A program made the translations under genes and the position numbers. The notes beneath the pieces were generated by a model that worked only from the letters and a program-made list of their open reading frames with translations, ran no database searches and was not told the origin of the DNA. DNA of 64,000 nucleotides, taken from the NCBI GenBank assembly GCA_943788175.1, contig CALSPG010000007.1:160001-224000 (forward strand). The letters run 5' to 3'. This stretch comes from an uncultured bacterium. Lineage in GTDB: Bacteria > Fidelibacterota > Marinisomatia > Marinisomatales > UBA1611. Below, piece after piece: positions 38,142-47,989 of the stretch. Within the stretch, counting starts at the first letter, position 1, and the number at the start of each line of letters is the position of its first letter.

Positions 38142-38783
38142 CTATTGTGTGAGCGCGAAGTATATGATATTTACTCCCATTTTCAATGACTCTTGTCTCA
38201 CTTCCCAGGGGTTATTGTGAACAGACTCATCTTCCCAGCCATCTCCTAAATCTGTTTCGTAGGTGTATAGAATTATTAAGGCCTCGTCTTCAAATATACC
38301 GAATGCTTGAGGAGATTTATTGTCATGTTCATGGATTTTTGGAAGCCCATTTTTAAATGTAAAATAAGATGAAAATATTGGGTGATTATGAGGGAGTTCA
38401 ACGAAATCTTTATTAGGAAAGACTCTCTTTATTTCCCTCCTAAAGGATTTATCCATGCCGTAATTATCATCAGCATGAAGGAATCCCCCGCTCGTGAGGA
38501 TTGATCTTAGAGCTATTATTTCATTTTCAGAAAACTTGATATTGCCATGTCCAGTCATGTAAAGATAAGGGTAGTGTTTAGCATTATTATCTGTTAGTTT
38601 TATTTTTATTTCAGCACCTGCTTTTTTCATAGGCGTATGGGTTTTGAGATAGTCCAGTAAATTAGGCAAACTGCTTGGGTCCGAATACCAGTCCCCGCCA
38701 CCGCTGTACTGAATTCTCGCAATGTTAAACTCCTGAGAATATAAAAAGCAGGTCAATATAAATGAGATTATGCAGTGTTTCAT
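38142..38783 (-). CDS. DUF4159-family exported protein
   Basis: IARIQYSGGGDWYSDPSSLPNL, YPYLYMTGHG, GGFLHADDNYG, PKIHEHD, DLGDGWED, MGVNI. Confidence 0.88.
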   Translation of the reverse strand: MKHCIISFILTCFLYSQEFNIARIQYSGGGDWYSDPSSLPNLLDYLKTHTPMKKAGAEIKIKLTDNNAKHYPYLYMTGHGNIKFSENEIIALRSILTSGGFLHADDNYGMDKSFRREIKRVFPNKDFVELPHNHPIFSSYFTFKNGLPKIHEHDNKSPQAFGIFEDEALIILYTYETDLGDGWEDESVHNNPWEVRQESLKMGVNIIYFALTQ

Positions 38784-38869
38784 GTCAATGTATTAATGGC
38801 TAAAGTTTAAGCTTTAGAATATACTGAGTCTCTCATTGTAAAAGATATATGAATACTTAAATTGTATCA

Positions 38870-40720
38870 ATGATAAAACAGAATATATTTAATTGTATAA
38901 TATTAATTATTACTATTTCATCTTTCTTGAGTTCTCAAACTAGAACTGAGAAAGAACCAAAAAGTTATTTTTGGGGTCTGATAAATATTCCTTACGATAA
39001 TAACTATGAAAAAGTTCCTATTTATGATAGACTTTTTAGAAGCAGGGAATTTGCATCCCCTATTACTTATATGCCGATTGAAATGCGTTATGGTTTAGGA
39101 GTAACAGGGAAACTAACTGGTAGTGCTGCAACGCCCTCTGCTGGAGATTTAGACAATTGGATTTGGTTTGATAAAGAAGTGACTTCTCTAGACCAAGGTA
39201 TTCAAAATATAGCAGGTACTTCTTTAGATATTGACTTCGGAATGATTAATATCCCAAACTTAATTATGAAAACTAGCTGGATGAATATAGTGACTGGTTT
39301 TAATTATAGATCTAGTTCTATTTTTTCTCCAAAAAATATACCAGATGATTGGAAAGATGGTACCTCTTTAAGTGAAGAAACGATTCAGTTTAAACCTGAT
39401 ATCAAAGAATACCTTATTACAAACTCCATACAATGGCAGCCTTATAATTCATGGTATTTAAACTTAAGGTATGGTTACGGATTGGCTTTTTCAAATTTTT
39501 ATTTTAACGAAGAACTAGAAACTATGAATGAATCCCCTGCGGGTAGTGGAACTTCAATGAATATTGGCTTTGGTTTTCGATATATAATTGATCCTGGTAA
39601 ATCAAACCGTTTTTCAATTGGATTTGATTTGAGACATTCTTACACAAAAATAAATAAGATAGATGACCCCCAGGATATAACCCCTGTAAATAGATTTGAC
39701 ATTGCGAATTATGGACTTTATTTAACTCTATCAACTTTTTATGGAGGCAAAAAAACAACCGGAGATGAAGCAAAGAGTATTTACTATAAAAAAGATTATA
39801 TAATCGCAAAAAGAAAATTTTTAGAATTTATTAACTCATATCCAAATCATTCTAACAAATATAGGGCATTAAAATTTATTGATATGTGTAATAAAAGAAT
39901 ACCATATCAAATTATGGAAGAAGGTCTATATTTTGATGACATCGGTGATTCTGAAAAGGCTCTTGATAAATATATTAAAGCAAGAGCAAGAGTTGTAACT
40001 AATGATAGTCTTATTGTTAGATCTTTAAATTTTCGCATAGATGAAATAGCTAGAAAATGGATGAACTCTGCAGAATTACTGCTTGATCGGGGTTTTTATA
40101 AGGATGCGCTCAATCTTGTAAAAAAGGTTTCTCAGTTTTCAGAAGTTGATCAAAAAATATTAGATAAATTCAATTCATATGTAATACTTGAGCAGGGACA
40201 AAAGCTACAATCAATATTGATATTTGGTAAGGCTATGACAAAATATTCAGAGGCGCTCAAGTTAAATAGCGAATTAGAATCAAATATTAGGGCACTGCAA
40301 TATCAAGCTGGAATTCAATTAGTGGAGTTAGCAGATAAAGTAAAAGATTTTGATGAAATAGTCTTAGCAGTTCAGTCATTAGAAGAAGCTGCAAAATTGA
40401 CTTCTAGTATTGGGCAAAGAAACGAACAATTGCTTAAAGATTTAAAACTTAAATTAAACAAGTATAGCGAATACAAATCAAAAATGATTATCAATCATGA
40501 GATGTCAAAAGCAAGATATGTTCAAGCGATAGCACGTGCTCCACGCTTAACAATTGGTATGACTCTCCCTTTAATTGAAGAACTCCTTGGCAAACCGCAT
40601 GAGAAAGTTGTTTCTGATGATTTAAATCAAAAAGAGCAACTGTGGGTATACTTTTTAAAAGATAAAAATCTAGAACTTTCTTTTAAAGATTTTATTTTAT
40701 TTAAAGTTGAAGAAAAATAG
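38870..40720 (+). CDS. Hypothetical exported multidomain protein (beta-rich N-terminal domain, TPR region, SmpA/BamE-like C-terminus)
   Basis: Signal peptide; alternating beta-strands to about residue 290; TPR-like helices; C-terminal IGMTLPLIEELLGKP...EQLWVY...LSF. Confidence 0.55.
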   Translation: MIKQNIFNCIILIITISSFLSSQTRTEKEPKSYFWGLINIPYDNNYEKVPIYDRLFRSREFASPITYMPIEMRYGLGVTGKLTGSAATPSAGDLDNWIWFDKEVTSLDQGIQNIAGTSLDIDFGMINIPNLIMKTSWMNIVTGFNYRSSSIFSPKNIPDDWKDGTSLSEETIQFKPDIKEYLITNSIQWQPYNSWYLNLRYGYGLAFSNFYFNEELETMNESPAGSGTSMNIGFGFRYIIDPGKSNRFSIGFDLRHSYTKINKIDDPQDITPVNRFDIANYGLYLTLSTFYGGKKTTGDEAKSIYYKKDYIIAKRKFLEFINSYPNHSNKYRALKFIDMCNKRIPYQIMEEGLYFDDIGDSEKALDKYIKARARVVTNDSLIVRSLNFRIDEIARKWMNSAELLLDRGFYKDALNLVKKVSQFSEVDQKILDKFNSYVILEQGQKLQSILIFGKAMTKYSEALKLNSELESNIRALQYQAGIQLVELADKVKDFDEIVLAVQSLEEAAKLTSSIGQRNEQLLKDLKLKLNKYSEYKSKMIINHEMSKARYVQAIARAPRLTIGMTLPLIEELLGKPHEKVVSDDLNQKEQLWVYFLKDKNLELSFKDFILFKVEEK

Positions 40721-40781
40721 TTGCTTAAAAGAAAATAAAGTGCGTTGTAATCAGTGAATTAATCTGACTAGCTTTCATTAG

Positions 40782-41978
40782 ATGAAAATATTAAATAAAA
40801 TAATACTTCTCTGCTTTTTTATGCGTTTTCTTTATCCACAATCATCTCAAAGAGATTATAGTGAAGAACTTAGGTATCAAAATGATGCCATAAATAAAAT
40901 GAAAAAAGAAATTGAAAAACTAAGCTCAAAACTTAGGAAAGCAAATATTAATGAGACTACTACTTCAAAGAGGATTACAAATCTTGATGAGGAGTTAGCA
41001 CTAGTAAATAAATTAATTCAGTCATTAAAAAAAGAAGAGAATTTTAATCGCGACAAGGTAAATAATTTAAAAAGCAGAATAAAAATTAAAGAAGATGAAT
41101 TAAGCTTGCTCAGATTAAGGTATGAGCAGAGAATTATTAATACATATTTGAAAGGTCGAGTTTCAGATTTAGAAAAAGTTTTGTCTTCAACTTCATGGCG
41201 GCAGGCGGTATATAGAACACAATATCTTAAAATAGTTTCTTCAATTGAGCAAAAAATGACAAAAGAGATTGAGAGCATTTTATTAGTAATAAATAAAGAT
41301 AAATTAAAGCTTGAATCACTTTTAAGGCAAAGTATTGCTTTAAAAAGGGATAAGCAAAAACAAATGGCCTCACTTCGGAAAATGAGGATAAAGAGAGAAA
41401 AAGAGCTAAATAGAATCAGGCAGGACAAATCGGCATTAGCTAACTATATGCAGGAAAAATCTTCTGGCGTAAAACAACTTGAATCTATTATTAAAAAAGT
41501 ATTAGAAGATAAGGCGCGGAATGAACGAGAAGCGAGGATAAGACAACAACAACAAGCGCTTAAAACTAAAGAGTTTAATTTGTTAAGAGGTCAATTGCCT
41601 TGGCCAACTGAGGGAAGAGTTATTTCAAAATTTGGTAAGCAATGGAATTCGCGATTAAAAACGACGACAGATAATCCAGGCATTGATATAAAAGGACAAC
41701 CCGGGTCATCTATTCGATCTACAATGAGTGGAGTGGTTACTACAATTACCTATATAAGAGGATATGGAACGACAATAATTATAGATCACGGTGGCGGATT
41801 TTATACTGTATATAGCCATGTAACGAATATCCAAACGCAAGTAGATAGTGAAGTTAGGTCAGGCGATGTAATTGCATATATGGGAGATTCTGGATCAGTA
41901 AATGGGGCCAAATTACATTTTGAAGTCTGGGGAAAGGGACAAAAGCTCAACCCCGAGGAATGGCTAACAAAAAAATAA
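40782..41978 (+). CDS. envC: Murein hydrolase activator EnvC-like (coiled coil plus M23/LytM domain)
   Basis: Long coiled coil, GQLPWPTEG, NPGIDI (His of HxxxD replaced, as in EnvC), IIDHG, LHFEV. Confidence 0.85.
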   Translation: MKILNKIILLCFFMRFLYPQSSQRDYSEELRYQNDAINKMKKEIEKLSSKLRKANINETTTSKRITNLDEELALVNKLIQSLKKEENFNRDKVNNLKSRIKIKEDELSLLRLRYEQRIINTYLKGRVSDLEKVLSSTSWRQAVYRTQYLKIVSSIEQKMTKEIESILLVINKDKLKLESLLRQSIALKRDKQKQMASLRKMRIKREKELNRIRQDKSALANYMQEKSSGVKQLESIIKKVLEDKARNEREARIRQQQQALKTKEFNLLRGQLPWPTEGRVISKFGKQWNSRLKTTTDNPGIDIKGQPGSSIRSTMSGVVTTITYIRGYGTTIIIDHGGGFYTVYSHVTNIQTQVDSEVRSGDVIAYMGDSGSVNGAKLHFEVWGKGQKLNPEEWLTKK

Positions 41979-41979
41979 A

Positions 41980-43092
41980 ATGATGACAAACGATGTTTTA
42001 AGAGCTCAGTCAGCAATTTGGAATAAATTATTAAATATATCAGTTTCAAATAAAGTTGGGAGTGCATATTTATTCACTGGGCCAATTGGCTCAGGAAAAG
42101 AGAATCTCGCTCTAAAGTTTTCACAATTAATCAATTGTGAAAATTCTATAAAAGAAATATGTAATAAATGTAGCTCTTGTATAAAATTTAGAACATTACA
42201 GCATGAACGATTAAATATTATTGTTCCATTGCCAACTCCGAAAAGTGCCAGTAGTGAAGGAATACTTCCAAAGGAGTATTTTGAATCTATAATCGTAAAA
42301 TCGGAGGACCCCTTTTATAAGATAGCAATTCCTAAGGCGAATAGAATTTTGATTCAATCAATTAGAGATTTGAAGAAAAAACTTTATTTTAAATATGAAA
42401 AAGATAGTGGCAGAAATGTTGTAGTTATTTTTGATTGTGAATTATTATGCTCTGGACAAGGTGAATCAGGGAATGCTTTATTAAAGTTATTAGAAGAACC
42501 TCCAGATAGTACTACAATTATTTTAGTGACTGATCATAAAAAAATGCTATTTGAGACAATTATTTCAAGATGCCAAACTATCGATATCCCTACCTTATCA
42601 GATAAATATATTTATGACTGGCTAATTGCAAATGATAAAAGTAAGCCAGACGCTGAGTTTTTCGTGACAATTTGCCGCGGTAATATTCATCGTGCGCGCA
42701 CACTTTCCAAACAGCCAGTAGACAAATTAATTAATCAAATTGAAAAATTAACAACAACCGTAGTTAGTAAAGACTCTGAAAAATGGCGAAACTTTACATC
42801 TCATTATTCTCGTCTTTTTGTCACAAATCCTCTAGATTTTAATCATCATTTAAATCTCATTATAATATGGATGCGTGGAGCGAATAAATTAAAACAAGGA
42901 TTAAGCAGTGGTTTTGAAAATACCGGTCTGCACTCAAGAATGATTTCATTTAATAAAAAATTTCCTAAAGCAAATATTTTCGAGGTTATTTTATGTATCG
43001 AAGATGTAAAAAAACATGCACGTCAAAATTTATATATGCCACTAATTTTATTAAACATGATGTTGGATATTCAAAAATTTGTCTATGAATGA
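41980..43092 (+). CDS. holB: DNA polymerase III subunit delta'
   Basis: AYLFTGPIGSGK, C..C..C Zn module, NALLKLLEEPP, TIISRCQ; upstream of metG-tatD. Confidence 0.88.
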   Translation: MMTNDVLRAQSAIWNKLLNISVSNKVGSAYLFTGPIGSGKENLALKFSQLINCENSIKEICNKCSSCIKFRTLQHERLNIIVPLPTPKSASSEGILPKEYFESIIVKSEDPFYKIAIPKANRILIQSIRDLKKKLYFKYEKDSGRNVVVIFDCELLCSGQGESGNALLKLLEEPPDSTTIILVTDHKKMLFETIISRCQTIDIPTLSDKYIYDWLIANDKSKPDAEFFVTICRGNIHRARTLSKQPVDKLINQIEKLTTTVVSKDSEKWRNFTSHYSRLFVTNPLDFNHHLNLIIIWMRGANKLKQGLSSGFENTGLHSRMISFNKKFPKANIFEVILCIEDVKKHARQNLYMPLILLNMMLDIQKFVYE

Positions 43093-44599
43093 ACAATTTT
43101 ATATAACAACTCCAATATACTATGTAAATGATATTCCGCATATTGGTCACGCTTATACAACCATCCTTGCTGATGTTTTAAACAGATATCAAAAACAAGT
43201 TGGGAATGATTCTTTTTTTCTAACTGGCTTAGATGAGCATGGCCAAAAAGTTCAGGATGCTGCCAAGCTAAGAGGTATCGACCCTATTGATCATTGTAAT
43301 GAAATGACAAAAAGATTTACCTCGCTTTGGGATAAGCTGCATATATCCAATAATGATTTTATCAGAACGACTGAAAAAAGGCATAAGAAAGTAGTAGGGG
43401 AAATATTAAACATAGTAAATGATGCAGGTGATATTTATGTAGATGAATATGAAGGTCTCTATTCTATATCTGAGGAGAGGTTCATTACTGAAAAAGAAGC
43501 AGAGAGCGGACAATTTCGTGATATTAAAAAATTAAAAGAAAAAAATTACTTTTTTAAAATGAGTAAATATCAGAATGCACTTATCAACCATATAAACACT
43601 AATCCCGAATTTATAAAACCTGAACATAGAAAAAACGAAATACTGGGCTTCCTTCAACAGCCTCTCAATGACCTCTGTATATCAAGACCTAAGTCAAGGC
43701 TTAATTGGGGGATCGATTTACCTTTTGATAAAGACTACGTCACCTATGTTTGGTTTGATGCCTTAATAAATTATATTACGGCAGCTGGATATAATCAAAA
43801 TGATGAAATTTTTGAAAAACGCTGGCCCGCTGACATGCATTTGATAGGAAAAGACATATTAACTACTCATGCAGTGTATTGGCCAACAATTTTAATGTCA
43901 GCTGGTATTGAGCTTCCAAAAACCATTTTTGCGCATGGATGGTGGTTAATGAGAGATGAAAAAATGAGTAAGTCGACAGGAAATGTTGTAGACCCAATGG
44001 ATTTAATTAAAGGTTATGGGGTTGATCCTGTTCGGTACTATTTGATGAGAGAAATGGTTTTAGGCCAGGATGCAAGTTTTACCTCAGAATCATTTATAAA
44101 TAGGTATAACAGTGACTTAGCAAATGACTTTGGGAATTTGTTAAGTCGTATATCAACGTTGATAAATAAAAACTATGAAGGTGTCATGCCAGGAGCAGCA
44201 GAGTTGTCATCAGAAGAATTAAAAATCATTAAGTTTTCATCTAGTGTTGTAAAAAACTTTGATAGTTTGATGGCGAAAATGGCAATTAATGATGCGATAG
44301 AAGAGGCTCTTCAATTTGTTCGTAAAATAAATAAATACTTTGAGCATAGTACTCCTTGGAAAGCAGTTAAGGAAGACAAAATCCTAGCAGGAACAATCCT
44401 TTATACTGGAGCGGAATCTCTAAGAATTGTATCTGTTTTATTATCTCCGATAATGCCTGAGAGGACAAAAGAGTTACTTGCTGTTTTAAATACTGGTAAC
44501 TCTGATAGGTCTTGGGGTGGGCTAAAACCTGGGAAAAAACTAGGAAAACTAAGACCGTTATTCCCAAGAATAGTGGCAGACACAAACAATGTTAATTGA
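43085..44599 (+). CDS. metG: Methionyl-tRNA synthetase (short form without C-terminal dimerisation domain)
   Basis: YITTPIYYVN..PHIGH, DEHGQK, YVWFDAL, IGKDI, KMSKS, LANDFGNL; ATG 43085 (ORF track starts at TTG 43079). Confidence 0.97.
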   Translation: MNEQFYITTPIYYVNDIPHIGHAYTTILADVLNRYQKQVGNDSFFLTGLDEHGQKVQDAAKLRGIDPIDHCNEMTKRFTSLWDKLHISNNDFIRTTEKRHKKVVGEILNIVNDAGDIYVDEYEGLYSISEERFITEKEAESGQFRDIKKLKEKNYFFKMSKYQNALINHINTNPEFIKPEHRKNEILGFLQQPLNDLCISRPKSRLNWGIDLPFDKDYVTYVWFDALINYITAAGYNQNDEIFEKRWPADMHLIGKDILTTHAVYWPTILMSAGIELPKTIFAHGWWLMRDEKMSKSTGNVVDPMDLIKGYGVDPVRYYLMREMVLGQDASFTSESFINRYNSDLANDFGNLLSRISTLINKNYEGVMPGAAELSSEELKIIKFSSSVVKNFDSLMAKMAINDAIEEALQFVRKINKYFEHSTPWKAVKEDKILAGTILYTGAESLRIVSVLLSPIMPERTKELLAVLNTGNSDRSWGGLKPGKKLGKLRPLFPRIVADTNNVN

Positions 44600-45347
44600 T
44601 ACACATTGTCACCTTTTTTTTGACGAACTAAAAGAAGATTTAAGCAGTGTATTAAAAAGAGCGGCTGATTTAGGGGTAACAAAATTTATATGTGTTGGAA
44701 CCAATATTGAAGATTCTAAAGAAAGTTATAATTTAGCTCTTAATTATGAAAACATCTTTTCAACTGCTGGTGTGCATCCACATGATACTGAGGAAGTGGC
44801 AGAAAATTATATCGATGAGCTTTATAATCTATTAAAGAATGAGAAAGTATTAGCCGTCGGTGAGATAGGTTTAGATTATTTCAAAAAGCTATCAGATATC
44901 AGCATTCAAAAAAAAATATTTGCTGAACAGTTGGAGCTCGCTCAAAAAATTAATAAACCAATTGTTTTTCATAATCGAGACTCAGATGATGACATTATTA
45001 ACATATTGTCAGATTTTCCAAATGTTTATGGTGTCGCACATTGTTTTTCCAGCACATATGATGTAGCAAAAAAATTAATAGACATGGGGTTTTACATTTC
45101 ATTCTCTGGTAATTTGACATTTAAAAACAGCCATCTCCCTGATGTTGCAAAACGACTTCCAATTGAGCGTCTTCTAGTTGAAACAGATTCGCCTTTTCTC
45201 AGCCCCGTCCCTTATAGAGGAAAGACTAATGAACCTGGGAGAACTCGATTTGTTGCCGATTTATTAGCAAGGTTACATAATTTGAGTATAAATGAGGTTG
45301 CTCAGATAACAACGACGAATGCAAAAGCTGTTTTTAAGTTTCCCTAA
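44589..45347 (+). CDS. tatD: TatD-family deoxyribonuclease
   Basis: LIDTHCHL, GVHPH, VGEIGLDY, HNRD, HCFS, ETDSPFL. Confidence 0.94.
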   Translation: MLIDTHCHLFFDELKEDLSSVLKRAADLGVTKFICVGTNIEDSKESYNLALNYENIFSTAGVHPHDTEEVAENYIDELYNLLKNEKVLAVGEIGLDYFKKLSDISIQKKIFAEQLELAQKINKPIVFHNRDSDDDIINILSDFPNVYGVAHCFSSTYDVAKKLIDMGFYISFSGNLTFKNSHLPDVAKRLPIERLLVETDSPFLSPVPYRGKTNEPGRTRFVADLLARLHNLSINEVAQITTTNAKAVFKFP

Positions 45348-45359
45348 CTTTTTTTTATT

Positions 45360-46127
45360 TTGATGGAAAAATCAAAACACTCATTTAGAAAGAAGTGGGG
45401 CCAAAACTTTCTAGTTGATCCAAATATTATAAAAAAAATACATCGAACAATAAGACCAGCTAAAATTGATAATATTATTGAAATTGGCCCAGGAGATGGC
45501 GCATTAACCCAAGTCCTTCTCCCAGATGTAAAAGATATGATATCAGTGGAAGTAGATCCATTGCTTATCGATAAATTGTATGATAATAAAAACTTAAGTT
45601 CATTAAAAATTATTCATGATGATATCTTGAAAACTAATATTAATGATTTAGATATTATTAATCCTGTGCGAGTTGTTGGCAATATTCCTTATAATATTAC
45701 TTCACAAATTATTTTTTGGTTAATTGAACAATTAGATTTTTGGGAAGATGCCTTTATTATGGTTCAAAAAGAAGTAGCTCAAAGGCTGGTAGCAAAAGCA
45801 TCTTCAAAAGAGTACGGTAGATTAACAGTAGTCGTTGGCGCTTATCTAGATGTTGAATATTGCTTCTCTATTCCACCAACAGTTTTTATACCTAGGCCAA
45901 AAGTAAATTCAGCATTTATTAGGTTCACAAAGAAAAAAACTGCATTAGTAGAAGATGAAAAATATGTAAAATTTAATAATGTTGTTAGAATGGCTTTTAA
46001 CCAAAGAAGAAAAATGTTGAAAAATTCGCTTAAGGGCTGGGATGTCTCAGAGGTTGTAAAAGAGAAAATTAATTTTTCTAGGAGGCCCGAGACTTTATCT
46101 ATAGAAGAATTTGCAATGTTAGTTTAA
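45360..46127 (+). CDS. rsmA: 16S rRNA adenine dimethyltransferase
   Basis: KKWGQNFL, EIGPGDG, VGNIPYNIT, MVQKEVA, FNQRRKML. Confidence 0.96.
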   Translation: MMEKSKHSFRKKWGQNFLVDPNIIKKIHRTIRPAKIDNIIEIGPGDGALTQVLLPDVKDMISVEVDPLLIDKLYDNKNLSSLKIIHDDILKTNINDLDIINPVRVVGNIPYNITSQIIFWLIEQLDFWEDAFIMVQKEVAQRLVAKASSKEYGRLTVVVGAYLDVEYCFSIPPTVFIPRPKVNSAFIRFTKKKTALVEDEKYVKFNNVVRMAFNQRRKMLKNSLKGWDVSEVVKEKINFSRRPETLSIEEFAMLV

Positions 46128-46130
46128 TGC

Positions 46131-46159
46131 TTGATTATATGATTATACACAATTAAGCT
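46131..46159 (+). promoter_or_regulatory. Putative sigma70 promoter of rpsU
   Basis: TTGATT (46131-46136), 17-nt spacer, TAAGCT (46154-46159), upstream of a strong AGGAGGT RBS. Confidence 0.5.
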
Positions 46160-46207
46160 TGCCAGCAAATTTAATATGCCACACTTACACTTTAGGAGGT
46201 GAATAAA

Positions 46208-46468
46208 GTGGTAGAAATACAAGTTAGAGATAAAGAATCTCTTGAAAGAGCCTTAAGGCGTTTTAAAAAGAAATGGGAAAGAGCGGGAATCCTAAGGGAG
46301 CTTCGTGGAAGAGCATTTTATATAAAACCTAGTGATGAAAAAAGAGAAGCTAGAAAAAAAGCTACTCGCAGAATGGCTAGAAATGCTAGAATTGATGCGT
46401 TGAGGAATAATCCAAGAGGTGCTAGACGTAGAAAAAAGCGCACAACGGATACACGTCGCAGTCGCTAA
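46208..46468 (+). CDS. rpsU: 30S ribosomal protein S21 with basic C-terminal extension
   Basis: ESLERALRRFKKK...YIKPS motif; AGGAGGT at 46194-46200 places the start at GTG 46208 rather than 46199. Confidence 0.93.
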   Translation: MVEIQVRDKESLERALRRFKKKWERAGILRELRGRAFYIKPSDEKREARKKATRRMARNARIDALRNNPRGARRRKKRTTDTRRSR

Positions 46469-46500
46469 ATATAATAACTCATATTAGTTATTAGATTATT

Positions 46501-46530
46501 AAGGGCTCGTTTTTTTGGGCCCTTTTTTTA
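46501..46530 (+). terminator. Rho-independent terminator after rpsU
   Basis: AAGGGCTC-loop-GGGCCCTT stem followed by a T run. Confidence 0.75.
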
Positions 46531-46594
46531 TGGAAATAGTTAATATTAATTTTCTATCTTTTAAAAATTATAATTTTATTTATAGGAATCAACT

Positions 46595-47938
46595 ATGTTA
46601 ATTCGAAGTATATCTGGAATAAGAGGTCTAGTAGACGAAGACCTAAAGAAAGAAGCAATCACTAAATATGCAAACGCTCTTCACGATTTTATTGACCCGG
46701 GTGTTATTTATGCAGGTAGAGATAGTCGTCCCTCTGGTGAAGAGATTACTGAAATTATGGTTGGTGAATTAATTAAGCTCGGACGGACAGTTATTTATTG
46801 TGGCATTGTCCCTACTCCTACGGTTCAATTTATGGTTCATACCAGCGAGGCAGTAGGTGGGTTTATTATTACTGCTAGCCATAACCCTATTGAGTGGAAT
46901 GGGATAAAGTTTTTAAGAAGTGATAGTACCTTTTTTCATCAAAAAGATTGTGAAGAATTATTTCGTTTAGCTGATAGAGTTTCTTTTTCCAGAAAATATC
47001 CAGAGGAAAAAGGGATGCTATGGGAAGAAAAGAACGCAATTTATAAGCATACTATTAAATGTTCTGAATTAGATTGTATTAATCTAGATGAAATCAGAGA
47101 CAGAAAATTCAAAGTTGTAATTGATGCTGTCAATGGTGCCGGGGCTAATGCGCTTCCTGAAATGTTAAACTTATTAGGTTGTGAAGTAGTGAAGCTGGAT
47201 TGCGAACCGAGTGGTATTTTTAGAAGAGGAACGGAGCCTCTGCCAGATAATTTAGGTGAACTTTCAAAACAAGTATTAGAGAATAACGCTGACATTGGTT
47301 TTGCTGTTGATCCAGATGCAGATAGGTTAGCTGTCGTAGATGAAAAAGGTCGCCCATTAGGAGAAGAGTATACTTTGGTCCTTTCTGTAGATGGCTACAT
47401 TAATACCCTCGGAGTTGAAAGTGACATTTTTGTATCAAATCTTTCTACTTCAATAGCATTAGATAAGCTTGCTTTAAATAATAATTGTAAAGTTGAAAGA
47501 TCTGCAGTTGGTGAGATTAATGTTGTTAATAAAATGAATGAATTAGATTCAAACTTAGGTGGCGAAGGTAATGGTGGTGTCATCTTAAGGGAATGCCATT
47601 TAGGTAGAGATTCGTTAGTAGCAGTGACAATGGTTTTGAACCGAGCGGCTCAGTCTACCTATCCGCTTAGTAAAATATATAATTCACTCCCCCAATTCGA
47701 AATAGTGAAAGATAAAGTAAGTGTCGGCGGTATTAAAAGTGATGACTTTCTATCAAAGGTAAATAATTATTTTAAACAGGGTAAAAAAAATACAATTGAT
47801 GGATTAAAAATTACTTGGGACGAAAAATGGGTTCACTTGAGGGCTTCAAATACCGAGCCTATTATAAGGATATATGCTGAAGCGCCAATAAAAAAAGAAG
47901 CTGAAGAACTTGTCTTGCAAATTAAGAGTTTGATTTAG
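46595..47938 (+). CDS. glmM: Phosphohexomutase (phosphoglucosamine mutase/phosphomannomutase)
   Basis: SISGIRG, ITASHNP phosphoserine motif, DPDADR metal loop, GGEGNGG, RASNTEP; substrate not certain. Confidence 0.8.
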   Translation: MLIRSISGIRGLVDEDLKKEAITKYANALHDFIDPGVIYAGRDSRPSGEEITEIMVGELIKLGRTVIYCGIVPTPTVQFMVHTSEAVGGFIITASHNPIEWNGIKFLRSDSTFFHQKDCEELFRLADRVSFSRKYPEEKGMLWEEKNAIYKHTIKCSELDCINLDEIRDRKFKVVIDAVNGAGANALPEMLNLLGCEVVKLDCEPSGIFRRGTEPLPDNLGELSKQVLENNADIGFAVDPDADRLAVVDEKGRPLGEEYTLVLSVDGYINTLGVESDIFVSNLSTSIALDKLALNNNCKVERSAVGEINVVNKMNELDSNLGGEGNGGVILRECHLGRDSLVAVTMVLNRAAQSTYPLSKIYNSLPQFEIVKDKVSVGGIKSDDFLSKVNNYFKQGKKNTIDGLKITWDEKWVHLRASNTEPIIRIYAEAPIKKEAEELVLQIKSLI

Positions 47939-47989
47939 AGTCAAATTTTAGTATTAATTGTATATAGCAAACAAATTAAAGGTTAAAAA

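Noticed and set aside
41660-41700. Missing first Zn-ligand His in the M23 domain (NPGID)
   Set aside because: Expected for EnvC-type catalytically inactive activators; not a pseudogene signal.
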